Origin: Sminthopsis crassicaudata
Lineage: Eukaryota
Direction: 5' to 3'
DNA length: 64,000 nucleotides
NCBI RefSeq assembly: GCF_048593235.1
Contig: NC_133620.1
Span: 228,099,929-228,163,928, forward strand
The translations under genes and the position numbers were made by a program. Positions 12,515 through 25,928 of the stretch are shown piece by piece. Each line of letters opens with the position of its first letter. Within the stretch, counting starts at the first letter, position 1. The notes under the pieces were generated by a model. The model did not search any database, was not told the origin of the DNA, and saw only the letters and a list, made by a program, of their open reading frames with translations.

Positions 12515-13145
12515 TTTTTTTGGGAAATGATGAAAAGAAGTAAGGATGAAAAAGGACTAGTATTTCCAAACTTCAGACTTTATCATAAAGCAAAAATAAG
12601 ATAAATCATCTGGTATTGGTTTTAAAAATGTAAAGATAAATCAACAGAACAGAACAGACAAAGGAAAGTAAAAAACAATTGAACTCAATAGCCTAGTGTT
12701 TGATAAAGTAAAAAAATGTAAATTATCAATAAGGAGAAAAAAACTTCATTTAATTAAAAATTGTCATGAAAACTGGAATGCAGTCTGGCAGAATTTAGGC
12801 TTAGGCCTATATATTGTGCTATGTATTATTCTAAATTGATACCTGACTTTAATATTAAAGATCATTGTAAGAATAATTTAACATGGAATATTTATAGCAG
12901 TACTTTTGTGATAACAAAAAGATGGAAATAAAGTAAATCCCCATTGATTGGGGATTAGCTAAACAAACTGAAATATTTTGTAAGACATTAATGTAATGGA
13001 ATATTATAATACTGTGACATAAGAAATTCTATATGTGTTAAATATAGAAAAGCATTAAAATATCTACATGAACTTTTACAGAATAAAGTAAGGAGACCCA
13101 TGAAAACAATATACAACATAATTACAGTGATATAAATGGAAAGGA

Positions 13146-13183
<38 letters not shown>

Positions 13184-13480
13184 CTAAAGTGAGTGTAGCA
13201 AAAACTATAAAGATCAAGCATAAATAGATTGAAGACTTAAGAGAGTACATACCCAATATGTTCCTTGGTAGAGTTAGTAAGTTCATAGGTGTTACATATG
13301 CACATATTTTCAGATATTTTCCAATATATTCATCAGTTTGCTGATTGTTTTCCTCTTTTCTTTTTTGTCTTTTAAAAATACTATTTGTTATCTGGGATGG
13401 CTCTCTGGTTGGGAGAGAAAGGAATACTGGGGATAACTATGGTAATATAAAAAAAAAAAAAGATCAATAAAAACTTTAAA
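12515..13480 (+). mobile_element. Old L1 ORF2/3' fragment containing an (AC)n repeat
   Basis: Decayed L1 motifs (CTTCAGACTTTATCATAAAGC..TGGTATTGG; AAAACTGGAATGCAGTCTGGCAGAA). Confidence 0.7.
13148..13180. repeat. (AC)n microsatellite, ~16 units
   Basis: Seen directly. Confidence 0.98.
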
Positions 13481-14139
13481 AAACACTAAAATTCATTGTC
13501 CATTCTCTACATATTAGTATATACATTTTTCTTCTTGAAAATTGGTTTATGCAACTTGTCTTCTTTCTCTCACTTATGTTCTATTTGGTATCTGATGTAA
13601 TTATTACTGCCTCTTCATATTTGATTTAAAGACATCTTAGATCAGCAAATCTCTAGGAAATTCTTTTCAGAATCATTTTATCTCTATTCAATAGTTCCTC
13701 ATTCATCTTGAATCATAGATAAAAAAACTAAATTTCATGTCTTTATATTACTTTATTACCCAGCTGTTAATTTTCCCTATTCTCTTTGTTTTTGTAGTAT
13801 GTCTCCCAATATCTAATATATCATTTTGAAATGATGCTAAAAAGAATACCTGTACTCCAGAGTCAGTATCAGTTTTGGGATATTCTTTGTCATTTTCTAA
13901 GTGGATGGCCTGAGAATTCAGTAAAACTCCTGATTTGCCTTTTTTAGCCATACCTATAGCTGATTCACCTCCCTTCCACCTCAATGAATAATATATTTTT
14001 TTCCTTCTTGAAATTAGTAAAAGGTCTCTTTGAATTTACTGACATTTGTGGATACTTCTCATTTTGCATAGTAGGGAATTTCTGACTTCATCTGGAGAAC
14101 TACATGTATGCCTTAGAGAAAGAGTCAAAGCTAATTCAA

Positions 14140-15030
14140 GGTTCCTCTTTCCTTTTTATAAAATCTTTCTACAAGAGAATCAGGAAACTGGGGGAGATAA
14201 CATTTGCAGCCAACTTCTCTCAAAAGGTCTCATTTCAAAGATATATAGAAAACTGAGTCCAATTTATATGAATAAAAGCCATTTCCCAATTGATAAGTGG
14301 TCAAAGGATATGACACAACATTTTTTTTCAGATGAAGAAATTCAAGCTATCATTAGCTATAAAATAAAATGTTATAACTCATTAATGATTAGAGAAAAAT
14401 AAATAAAATAACTCTGAGGGTTGCTACTTCATGCCTGTCAGATTGGCAAAGATGATAAAAAGGGGAGAAACAAGTACATTGTTGCAATATTGGTAGAGTC
14501 CATTCTGGAAAGCAATTTGGAACTACTGCAAACCTATTATACTCCGTAATATCACCACTATATCTTTATCCTAGAAAGATGAAAGGAAAAGAGGTAATAT
14601 GCACAAATATATTTATAGCAGCTCCTTTTATGGTACTAAAGCTTTGAAAAATGAAAAATGCCTATCATTTGGGGAATGGCTGAACAAGTTCTAGTATATG
14701 AATACAGTGGAATATTATTGTGCTATAAGAATGGATAAAGGAGACAGTTTCAAAAAAACCTGGGGAGAATTTAATATGAACTGATGTAAAATGAAGTGAA
14801 AAAACTAGGAAAATAATTTATGCAATATAATGTAGAGATAGTTAATTTTGCTTTATAGAGAGACAGAGGACTTTCCTTTTCTTTTTTTTGGTGCAATAAG
14901 GAGAGTAGGGAGTAGGGCATGGTTAATGTGAGAATTTGTTTTGGTGATTCTACATAATTTATAAGACTTTATGTTGTTGTTTTGGGTTTTGCTAGGGGGG
15001 AAATGAATTTGATCTTATAGTTTAAAAAAA
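14140..15030 (+). mobile_element. Old L1 3' fragment
   Basis: TCTCAAAAGGTCTCATTTCAAAGATATATAGA..; CATTCTGGAAAGCAATTTGGAACT L1 motifs. Confidence 0.7.
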
Positions 15031-15439
15031 TTTTTTTTCCTTGTTTCATGTTGGAATATTTTTATTATAAAACTGAAATTTCTTTTCTACCATTTCCTCA
15101 TAAAGAACATTTCCTTCTTTCCATAAATCCTTTCCTCTTTATTCTTAGTCTTTATAAATTATGTGGTTTAGTGGATAGTGTCAGATTTAATGCCACAAAG
15201 ACCTGTGTTCAAATCCTGCCTCAGACATTCTCTAGCTGCATGGCCTTGAGGCACTTAGCCTTTCTGTGCCTCAGTTTCCTTATCTATTAAACTGTCATAA
15301 TAATAGCACCTACCTTCCAAGATTGTGAGAATATTATATCCTTTTCAACTTTTAAAATGCTATATAAACACTAGTCATTAGTAACTATTATTATTATTCT
15401 CTTATTATTCTTGTGGATATGATGAAAAGATGTGGGCTA

Positions 15440-15915
15440 GATGATAATACAGTTAGATTCAGAGCTGAAGGCTGGATTTGAGTACTAATTAATAGTTCAA
15501 TGCTATTATGATAGAAGGCCTATCGTAGAATATCTTAGGGATCTATGCTTGACCCTATGCTGCTTAATATTTCTTTTTTTTTTTTGGGGGGGAGACTTTG
15601 ATAAGGTCATACACAGCCTGTAAAATAGCAAAAAGCAGAGAGGAGATAGCTAACACACCCTGATGACAGAATCAAGATTTTAAAAGTTCTTGACAGGATA
15701 GAACCCTAGGTTGAATCTTATAAGATTAAAATTTATTAGGGAGAAATGTTAAAGTCTTATACTTGGATACAAAAAAATCATAAATATAAAATAGTTAAAT
15801 AGTATTTGGTCTAAAAAAAAAGTTTGGAGTTTTTAGTCAACTACAAATTAAATAAGTCAGCAGTTTATTGTAGCCACGAAAGCTAATGTGATCTAGGGAT
15901 GCTTTAAGATAAGCT
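15440..15915 (+). mobile_element. CR1/L3 LINE fragment
   Basis: CR1-RT-like segments (GATGACAGAATCAAGAT.., AAATGTTAAAGTCTTATACTTGG, AAAGCTAATGTGATCTAGGGATGC). Confidence 0.65.
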
Positions 15916-16384
15916 TGCAGGAGTCTCAACTAAGATTCCACATTCTGGAGAAAGGCTTTCATAATCTTCCAACTGTTAGTGCCTTTCCTTCTGAGATTAT
16001 CTCCCCTCTGTAAATATTTTGTATGTATCTAGTTTTTAGATGTTTTTTCCTATATTAGAATGTGAGCTCCTTGGGGGCAAGGATTGTTTTACCTTTCTTT
16101 GTATCCCTGAAATTTAGCACACACAATGCTTGGTATATAGTAAATACTGAATGCTGTATTTTGATGGAAGGGTTGAGGAGAAACTTGTCTAGCCCAAATA
16201 TTGGTATTAATGTATGACTGGGATTACAGTAGCCATAGATCATGGTTCTAGTATCAGTAATGTAGTAAAGAGATGTATCTAGCATACTATTTATTATAGT
16301 AATCTAGTATATTCAGATACAAAATTTATTTTAGTAAATTTCACATCTAATTTTTAGAGTTACTTTTAAGAATAATATACCTTT

Positions 16385-16845
16385 TTAATATTTTATTTTT
16401 CCCATGTTTTTACATTTATTTTTAAAACTTTGAGTTCCAAATTCTCTCCCTTCCTCCCTCTTCACAGCCCTCTTCATTGAAAAGACACATGTGAAGTTAT
16501 GCAAAACAGTTCTATAAAAGTCATGTTGCGAAAGAAAACATAGACCCCCCCCTCCAAAAATTTTTTTTTCAAGAAAAATAAATTTTTTGAAATTATACAT
16601 CAGTCTGTATTCAGACATAATTAGTTCTTTCTCTAGGTATGGAGAGCATTGTTTATCATAGGTCTTTCAGAGTAATCTTAAATTTTTGTATTTCTGAAAA
16701 TAGCAAAGTCATTCACAGTTGATCATCCCACAACATTTGCTATTACTTTGTACCAAGTACAGTTCACTTTGCATGAGTTCTTGGAAAACTTTCTGAAAGT
16801 TTTTCTGAAAGCATCCTAGTCATCATTTCTTAAAGAACAATAGGT
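16385..16845 (-). mobile_element. L1 3'UTR fragment
   Basis: Reverse-oriented marsupial L1 3' end with a T-rich tail and a CT-rich tract. Confidence 0.7.
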
Positions 16846-17333
16846 AAGAATGGCATTCCTTAAAGCACAGTCTATTTCATGTATTTAGGCATTAATCAAT
16901 ATTTTCAGTATGCCTTGATTAATTCAGGGAGAGGAGAAATTATCTTAGATTTACATCATTACAAAATTGCCTTTCTCTGTAAGTCAATCACAGTTGACTC
17001 AAATTACTTATGGGGTTGATATTCTTTGACTTCTTATAAACATCTAGTCCTATTTTATATCATAAATTGGCAAAAAATAAGATTAACAGTCATTAATATT
17101 GCAGCTAATTATTTGGCAATAATTAAACAGAATAGCGTTTTGAGAATAAGTTCTGAAAACTTGGGGAAAAAATCCATCTAATTAAATAATATGTTTTATA
17201 ATGAAGTTCTGTGGTGATTTGAAAGCAATCTTTTCCTCAAAGTAAAGTAATAATCTCTGAAGCTGTTTTAAATCATCCCATTAAACTTTTTTTAAAATAA
17301 ATGTAAATATTTTATGCTTTTATCTAATTGCAG

Positions 17334-17364
17334 ATCTTGGGATTTCTGGTACCACATCAAAAAA
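17334..17364 (+). CDS. SNAP91: SNAP91 31-nt coding exon, NLGISGTTSKK
   Basis: ttgcag| acceptor and AA|gtaagt donor; phase 1-2, which fits the neighbouring exons. Confidence 0.95.
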
Positions 17365-18082
17365 GTAAGTGCTATAAACCATACTTTTTTGTCTTTTATC
17401 AAACTGAGGGGTGGAATGGTAGTGTTGAAGCAGTTTTCTTGCAAAACCATTGTCTACAATTAATTCAGCTATTCATTATAAAATACATAAACTGTTATGG
17501 GGAACTAGCAAAATTAATTCCTGGTTTTTTGTTTGTTTGTTTTGTAGATTAAATATTAATGTGAAGTAGTCATTTTTTTTTTAGGGTGAATGTGAAATTT
17601 ATTAATTCTAAAATATAAGATTGGAAAAATATTATTTACCTTATAAATGTGTACTTTATAGGAATAAAATATTGACTTCTTTTCAATTATCACTAAAATA
17701 TATTTAGGATTATTTAAAAATATTTGGTTTTGTGATTGGAAGTTAAATGAGTTATTTTTACTTTAAAATATTTAGTTTCATTTTGAACTACTAATTTTGA
17801 GTGCTAACCATTGAACAGCAAATATACAATATTTTCTATAGTTGTTTTGTAATATTTATAATCAATGAAAGATATGAACATGTAGTTTTAATTAACTGGC
17901 AAATTGGAATAGCCTGAAGTAGGAAGTAGAGATCTTATACTTTTTTTTCAAGCTACTAATTTACCTTATACATCATAATAGATACTTAATCAGGATTTTC
18001 CTTGCTCAAAGATTTAGCATATTTCAAATTTCAATTATAATTATTTTCTGATTAGCTTATTCCATTTGCACATTTACTTTAG

Positions 18083-18194
18083 GGGAGATCTTCAATGGAA
18101 TGCTGGAGAAAGGAAACTGACAGGAGGAGCTAACTGGCAACCGAAAGTAGCACCAGCAACATGGTCTACTAGTGTCCCATCAAGTGGCCCTTTG
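18083..18194 (+). CDS. SNAP91: SNAP91 coding exon, (K)GDLQWNAGERKLTGGANWQPKVAPATWSTSVPSSGPL
   Basis: ctttag| acceptor and TTG|gtatgt donor; contains the KLTGGANWQPK motif conserved in AP180/PICALM. Confidence 0.97.
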
Positions 18195-18579
18195 GTATGT
18201 AATAATGTGTCCTCATCCAAACCTATGATTTAGTGGGATATTTGCAAAATATAGATGATTATATTTCCCTTTAAATTCTTTCATGCAATATTCTGCCACT
18301 TTTCATCCATGAAATATAAATGAATGTGAATGATCTTTAATTCACTAGCAACTTTAATTATTTTATTACATATTTTTATTTAACAAGGAAAAATAATGTG
18401 GACATAGTAGTTTATGTTAAATATAATATTTTAAATAGAGTTAAACATTGAAACGTTTATATATTGGCAAAGCTTTCTGGAAGTCGTTTTGTAGGTTTCA
18501 TCATTTTGGAGGTGTTGTAATTAAAACTTGAGCCCAGGATTCCTAGATTCTTCACGATCTCTTAACCCCTATGTCTAAC

Positions 18580-19127
18580 ATGGTGTTGCCAAGGCCTGTT
18601 GACTTCACTTTTAAAGTATCAAATTCACCCCTCTCTCCTATAGTATTGCTACCACTCTAGTTCAGGCCCTCATCAGTTCTCACCTAGACTCTTGTAATTC
18701 TCCCCACTTCAATCCATCTACCATTCCTCCACCTAAGTGATTTTCTTAAAGGTCAATTCCAGTCACATCATCCCTCTATTTAGTAAATTCCAATGGCTCT
18801 TGTCACCTCCAGGATCAAAAGCAAAATCTTCTATTCAAAGACTTTCGCAATTCAGCACCTTCCAACTTTTACAATCTCCTTTTGTTCACCATGTAACTCC
18901 CATGACATAGCCTCTTGGCTATACAGAAACAAAACCTCCATCTCTCTCTTTTAGGCCTTTTCTTTGGTCATCCTTCATGCTTGGGATGATCTTCTTCATC
19001 TCTATCTCATGGCTTCCCTGATTTCTTTCAAATCCCAGTTAAAATTCTATTTTCTATAGGAACCTTTTTTCAAACTCTTTTGATTTTTGTGCCTTCCCTC
19101 TTTAAGTATTTCTTATTTAGCATTATC

Positions 19128-19170
<43 letters not shown>

Positions 19171-19295
19171 TATTGTCTCCCCCATTAGATTATGAGTTTC
19201 TTGAGGACAGAGACTGCCTTTGCCTCTTTTTGTATCCCTGGTTTTTAGCATAGTGTCTCAAACATAGTAGACATTTAGTAAATATTTATTGACTG
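18580..19295 (+). mobile_element. L2 LINE 3' fragment (representative; others at ~2540-3060, 9570-10170, 15940-16165, 26000-26600(-), 40430-40660(-), 62940-63310, 63700-64000)
   Basis: L2 3' motifs ..TTAGATTATGAGTTTCTTGAGGACAG..TAGCATAGTGTC..AAATATTTATTGA. Confidence 0.7.
19129..19164. repeat. (TG)18 microsatellite
   Basis: Seen directly. Confidence 0.98.
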
Positions 19296-20090
19296 TCTAC
19301 ATACCAGCTTTTAAAATTATTATTAGACAGTTTAAATTCAGATGATATATCAAGAATAGGGGATAAATTAAATCTAATAACACTTATTCATATCCCTTTA
19401 GAAAAGTTAATGCTTAATTTAGTTCTCCAACTAATAGCTTTTACTTTCTTAGTGTCCTATTTTGTGAGATAACTTTTGTAATCTATTATATAAAAATAAT
19501 ATTCCTAAATATTATTTTGAAAAGGGAATTTGATTCTTTCCAGATACAAAAAGATTTTCATCAAAGTTAAAGACATACAGGTATAATTTAGGTAGAAAGG
19601 TAGGCTTAATAAATAGAGAAAATGGTAAAGTTGGATTGAAGACACAAGTGAAAGCCTTATCATTAAATGTCAAGCCCAACACCAATCTGAGCATATGGTG
19701 AAGTGGGAAAAAAAAAGACATTCTTTAGAAAGCTTTCAGGTATTCACAGGAGAAGAAAAAGGTTTAAGTTGGACAGGTTGGGGCAGGACAAATATATGAA
19801 GTGAAAAGGTTGAAATTAACTGGAAAGGAGTTGTAGAAGTGATATATGTGATTATGAGAGGGGAGAAAAAGCTAGTGAGAAGGTGCTACATGACAGCTGG
19901 TGACATGATGTTGTATATCATCATACCCTAAGAGTAGTAACCCTTTTTGCTGTTGGGTCTTGAGTTGTCATATTTACTTATGAAGTGGGGGAGGGGGAAT
20001 AAAACATAAAATTCATATGCTATGAACACACTCATTTAAAATTATATTCTATGAGCTTTAAAAATGGTGTGCTTATTTTCATATTTTCAG

Positions 20091-20174
20091 CAGGGAGCTG
20101 TACCTCCGGCTAGTACGGTTCCTTCTGTTGCTGGTGCACCATCTGTTGGACAGCCAGGAACAGGATTTGGAATG
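20091..20174 (+). CDS. SNAP91: SNAP91 coding exon, QGAVPPASTVPSVAGAPSVGQPGTGFGM (NAGNAG acceptor)
   Basis: tttcag|CAG acceptor and ATG|gtaaga donor; 84 nt, phase 0. Confidence 0.95.
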
Positions 20175-20251
20175 GTAAGAAATCACCATAATTAAATTTC
20201 TCTATATAAAAGATTCAGTTTCATGTTCTCAAGTTTTAAATGGTATTTCAG

Positions 20252-20356
20252 CCTCCTGCTGGAGCGGGTGTACCCATGATGCCACAACAGCCAGTCATGT
20301 TTGCACAGCCCATGATGCGGCCACCATTTGGAGCCGCCCCTGTTCCCGGTGCACAG
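20252..20356 (+). CDS. SNAP91: SNAP91 coding exon, PPAGAGVPMMPQQPVMFAQPMMRPPFGAAPVPGAQ
   Basis: tttcag| acceptor after a 77-nt intron and CAG|gtatgt donor; Met/Pro-rich AP180 C-terminus. Confidence 0.96.
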
Positions 20357-21821
20357 GTATGTTTTTGTTATTTGTTGGTAAAATAGTAATATAAAGTTGT
20401 AAGAATATTAATTTCCATTCAGACAGTTTAGGAAATATCCCAGATCTCTTCTTATAACTTCAAATATAAGATAACCTGACAGCAAGGATAAGAAGGACAT
20501 TTGAGAATATTTGGAGAAAAGTGCATAAATAGTGTCAGAATTGCACTTGATTCAAACTTTCCAGTTTTCAGTTTTACAAAGTTTCCAGTTTTCTAAAAAT
20601 GTCCACATTGTAAGCAGCAACAAAGTTGCTAATTTGGAGATTATGCATTAATATAATCCTACAGAAAAGAGCATCATCCCTTTGTAGCTCACAATATGTG
20701 TTCTCCATCTACAAAAACAGAATAACTGTCCTTGGAGCTGTTTTTCAAGAGTGGGTTCTGCTTAATTCCATGTCCTTCATGAATGACATTCTGCATTTGC
20801 AAAATGTTGAACTAGAATAAAATTAACACTCGAGTTTAATCTTCTCTATATCTAGCTAACTAGAAAAACCTTCAATCTTAGCCTTTTTAAGTATCATACT
20901 CCATCTAACAGAACTTATTGAGTTAAAAAAAAAAAAAAAAACCTGATAGAATTAAATTCAGCACTTCTTAAGCCATTACCAAGGGCAATTAATTTGCTAG
21001 ATATTGGAGGTACAAAGACCAAAAAAAAAAGCAATCTCTCCTCTCAAGAAGTTTATACTTTTATACTACATATGCATGCATACATGTATATGTTTATATA
21101 TCAATACGTATATATGTATATGTATTTGGAGAGATGAAAAATAATAACTAGCAAACATTTATATATTACCTATTGTGGTTCATCACTGTGCTGAGTGCTT
21201 TACAATTATTTTCTCATTTGACCTTCTCAGCCACTCTGGGAGGGAAGTGCTAGTTTTATCTCCATTGTAGAATTGAGAAAACACAGAGTAAGATGTTCTG
21301 GAAGTAACATAGCCAAGACTTAACATCTGATTAGTTTGATGGCATGGGACAAAAGGAAAAGCCAAAGATAGCGCAAGTGTTGTGAAACTGAGTAACTTAG
21401 ATTGTGGATCCTCAAAATAAATAGGAAAGTTTAGAGAAGGCATGGATCTTGAGGAAAATAACAAATTGTGCTTGACTAACTAGTTAAGCATGTTCACCTT
21501 GAGATGTCAATGGGATATACAGATATAGATGCATGGAGGAAGTTGGTGATTCAGGAGAATGATTAGGGCTGAACATACACTTGTGGAACTTGTTTATGTA
21601 TTGAAGATGCTTGAATTTAAAAATCTGCAATTAAATTCATCCATGATTGGGCTTAGCAAAGGAGATAGGAAGAAAAAGCCTTGGCCCAGAAGCCAAGAGA
21701 GAACAGCTATCTATTTTTTGATATAACATGTAAAACACATCTAACTCTGTTGTTCCCCATGACAAAAGTTATAAAGCTATGTAAATATCATTTAGCATAC
21801 TTGTACTTTACAAATAAGGAG

Positions 21822-21824
<3 letters not shown>

Positions 21825-21856
<32 letters not shown>
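21825..21856. repeat. (TG)16 microsatellite
   Basis: Seen directly. Confidence 0.98.
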
Positions 21857-21858
<2 letters not shown>

Positions 21859-22697
21859 CCTTTTAACAAAAAAGAAAACAAAAAACTACCAAGTTTCTGA
21901 ACCCTTATCTCTGGTCAAGGCATTATAAAAATGACTTAAATGGTAGCTGAACCAAAACAGAGTCCAGCTTTTTCTTTCAAATTCTATATGGATATTTGCC
22001 CATGTAATTAAGAAACATTCATTTTACTGTCAATAATCAACTTTACCTGCTTCTGTCTTAAAGGAAAACCAAAATTAACCTGCCAAGAGATAAAGTAAAT
22101 TGCTTTTAGATACAAGATTTATCTAGATAAGTTTATCCAATTAGAATAAACTTTATTATTTTTGATTAGCACTTGTTAATATGAAATCTGAAGTACATTT
22201 TACTAACCACTGAATAATTCTTAAACAATTTTCTGCAAACTCATTCTCATTATGTAAAATCCATTTAACTTCCTTAGCTTAGTGGTATTAATATTTTGAT
22301 ATAAAAATTCCTTTATGTAGAGAAATGGATTTTGACTATACATTTTTGATGTGTGTGTCTTACTAAACTAGACTAGTTGGTCACATCATCCTTACAATGA
22401 CTGAAGTTTTGTTCTACTACCAAAGTCCTCAATTTTTTTTTAAACCCAATATTGAGGTTTTATTTTTTCAATCTCAAATCAAATTTCATATTTTGACTAA
22501 GTAGAACATTGTAAACCTTGTTTTTGTTTGTTTGTTTTGCTTTGGATTTGTTATTTTTTTGTTTTGTTTTGTTTTTGTAATCTTTAGGCATCTAATCTTT
22601 TCCATGTTTGTTCTGTGTAGTTTGTGTTCTTGTGTTCTACCTAATGCTTGTATATTCTTCTTTGCCTTCATTCTTTGGCTGGCTTTTCTTCCAATAG

Positions 22698-22790
22698 CTT
22701 TCTCCAAGCCCTACACCTGCCACTCAGAGTCCCAAGAAACCTCCAGCAAAGGACCCACTAGCGGATCTTAACATCAAGGATTTCTTATAA
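22698..22790 (+). CDS. SNAP91: SNAP91 last coding segment, LSPSPTPATQSPKKPPAKDPLADLNIKDFL-stop (exon continues to 22801)
   Basis: caatag| acceptor; TAA at 22788-22790; AP180 C-terminus DPLADLNIKDFL; donor AAG|gtatat at 22802. Confidence 0.97.
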   Translation, partial: LSPSPTPATQSPKKPPAKDPLADLNIKDFL

Positions 22791-25098
22791 ACAATTAAAA
22801 GGTATATGATATTGAGCTTGTTTGTGGGTTTGCAGTAATCACCCAGTGCTTAACTATTTCTTGTGTTCAAATCATTACATTTAATTGAAGAAGAAACCCA
22901 TAGAATATTCTGAAAGGCTAATAAAGCTTAAAATTGAACTAAGACTTTTGGAACATTTTGTCTAATATATTTATATTGCTACGAAAGATCCATGATTCAC
23001 TGGTAGGAAAAGTCCCTTTAACTATATAGATCATACTCTTACCAGGCTTTAGAAAATATATTTTTCATTTCATGTTAATGGTTATTTCACTGTAACCAAA
23101 AATTTCATCACCCTGTGACTATTCTATTAGTAAAGAGTCTTTCTGCACTAAATAAGACTGATCTTCAAATACTAGACACTCAGCCTGTCACTAGTGGGAG
23201 CTAAGAGGCCATGTAACCACTAGAATAAATTTCTAGAACCCAGAGGTACTTTTATGCCATAGTAGGTATTGAAGACTTTGGAATAGAATCTTACCAAAAT
23301 TGTCAATGAATTATTTAACTTTATTTAATTTAAATAATAAGGGGTTCATTCTCCAGCTTTTATACTCCGAGATTACATAGATAAAAGCATAAATGATATT
23401 TTCCACAAGTTTTTTTTAATACTTCTTTGATCTTAATCACACATTTGACTTAGAAATTACAGAAAGTTAAAATTTATGTTATACTTAATACATTTTATTC
23501 TAAAATATAATTATTTTGAGTGAATATAATGGATTTTGAATGATCTTATTTTCATTTTAGCAATCATAACTTTAGAAGTCTCCTCTAAAATTTCTTCAAG
23601 AATATTTAGATCATTTTTAAAGCATGGAAAATTAATTATGGACATTTGCACCTTGTTTAGAAAAAATGTTTATTAAAAATTCTTTACTATATGTTGTAAA
23701 TTTTCAAGGATTGAGGGTGCTCCTGGCTAATGTTTTCATGCATTCATGGTTCTTTATTTGGAGTCTTAATTCTGTACCTAAATTCTTCAGTCACTTGACA
23801 AAGTAATAACCAGATTTGCTACCCATAAGTATCCAGGTATTGTTTCCTCTAGTTTTCCTCTGAGGACAGTTATATGTGCCTCCCTTTATAATACCATTCC
23901 TTCTGACAGGCTTTGTATTACATTGAGATTTGGTGCAAAGACTCACTTTGCTTTGTCACTTGTCTTAGTTCATAGCCCTCTTTTATAATAAAACTGAATG
24001 GAATGGAAGAAGTAGTTATATGTTTGTGGTTTTTTTTTGGGGGGGGGTTAACAAATGTACTTAGTTTTAGAAGTAAAATATTCAAAACTAAGCTAGATAA
24101 TAATAATCTGAGATTTTCAAATAATTTATATTTGAAAACTTCCCCAATATATTTTCTGAAGAATTTTTTTTAATCCAAGTTGTAATTTTTTTCCTGCTCA
24201 TTCTTATAATTAAGAATACTAGTAGAGCTTTTGAGCTTTTTGAGAAATTTTCAACAATATATAAATTCAAAGGAAAAGAAACTATTTCTTCATTTGCAAA
24301 ATGAAAGATGTTGAACCTCCCATTCTAGGCCTAAATCTGTGATCTAAGAGGAATATAGATTTTGGTTTAGCTACATTGAAGTGAGACTTTGAGGAAAAGT
24401 AATTAAATCTGAAGTGTGCCTTGGAAGAGACTATTTCATCATACTTTCTAATTGAAGTTTTGTTTTATTTTTTTTCTCCATAGCTGCAGTTTTTGTGACT
24501 GAGTAAAGGGGGGAAAGTGAGTTTGGAGACTACAAATAAGTTTGATGCTCAGAGTTTCAAAGTGAGCCACCAGTACCAAACCCAGTGCTTCTTCATATCT
24601 TCTCTTCCAAAACGTGTAGCCCAGCTGTGAAAGTGAACATTAGGAATGTGTACTACCTTAGCTGTTATCCCAACTTTCTCACTTTTAGTGTATTGGGGTT
24701 ATTTGTGTGTTTTACAATTTAAACAATGGATGTATGTTTCTGATGCCTTTAGTGCTTTTCTGAACCTCCTGTGGGACAGATTATGCAGTTGTTGTATGGT
24801 AAGCTGTTTGGAACGATGTGTCTGTGTTTTTTGAAGGTTTCAATGTATATAACTTTTGGACAAACCCTAAAACTTTCTCCATAAGTTCTGTTTCCTTCTG
24901 TATCTCTGTTACAAGGCATATGTGATAATATCAGATGATAAGGAAAACACTCTTAAATATACAAAAGTCTTTTTTTTGGGTGTGGAGTACATTTTTCCAA
25001 TCACAGGAATTTCAATTGTTGTGAAAAATGTTTATTTTTGTGGCACTGTATATGTTGAGAAATATTATAATTTAAAGAAATATAAAAGTTAACTTCAT

Positions 25099-25104
25099 AA
25101 TAAA
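25099..25104 (+). terminator. Candidate proximal poly(A) signal of SNAP91
   Basis: AATAAA in mid-3'UTR; usage is not demonstrable from sequence. Confidence 0.45.
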
Positions 25105-25922
25105 CACTTCTCCTTGAAGCTACCTTACCAAGAATGAAGAATCATATTGGAAAGAATACCATATTTATCATTGTTATATTTTAAAAATATGTATTTTAAT
25201 CATATTTGACAAGTTTTGCATCTAAATTGGCTCGTTTATTCAACTATGCTTAAAAGCACTGAAGATTAAGTAAATGGTCAATGTTATTCTTATGTAGTTG
25301 GAAAAAAAGCAACCATAATTGTGCTCTCTCATAAGGGGTTTAAAGTGATTGTGGAGGCATTCTTTGATATGTAGGTAGTCAGAATATTACTGCAAAGATT
25401 GTTATTTTCATTTCATCTTTTATGTACATCTGTTCAGTAATTGTGTGTGTGTGTGTGTGTATGTGTGTATCATAGACTAATGTTTCTCCATTCCCAAAAT
25501 GAACTCTATGTAGGGTTTTGTTTTTTTTTTTGTACCATTTATAATTAGGATTTAAACTAATTCAATGAATATGCTCTTTCACTGTACATATTGTATTTTC
25601 CCCTTTTTTGTTTATTTTCATACTGTTTGTGCTGATGGCTTGGCTGAAGATTTCAATGCATAAATGAGGTCACTGTTGATCAGTGTTACAAGTGGCTTGG
25701 CAGCTCTATGTGAAAGCATATGGGTTGGAAAGATGTTCATCTAAGTCTTTCAAATTATTTAATCGATGTATGGTACCATTTACAAGTGGTTGTTTCTGAA
25801 TTTACTGTGGGGATAACATACACTGTAATGGGGGAAAAATAACATAAAGCTAATTTCAAAATGGCTTTCCTTTGTATTTTGGTTTAAAAACCCAGTGCAT
25901 GTATGTATGCCCTCTGAGATGC

Positions 25923-25928
25923 AATAAA
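25923..25928 (+). terminator. Distal poly(A) signal of SNAP91
   Basis: AATAAA preceded by tandem TGTA elements and followed ~35 nt later by a T-rich tract. Confidence 0.85.
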
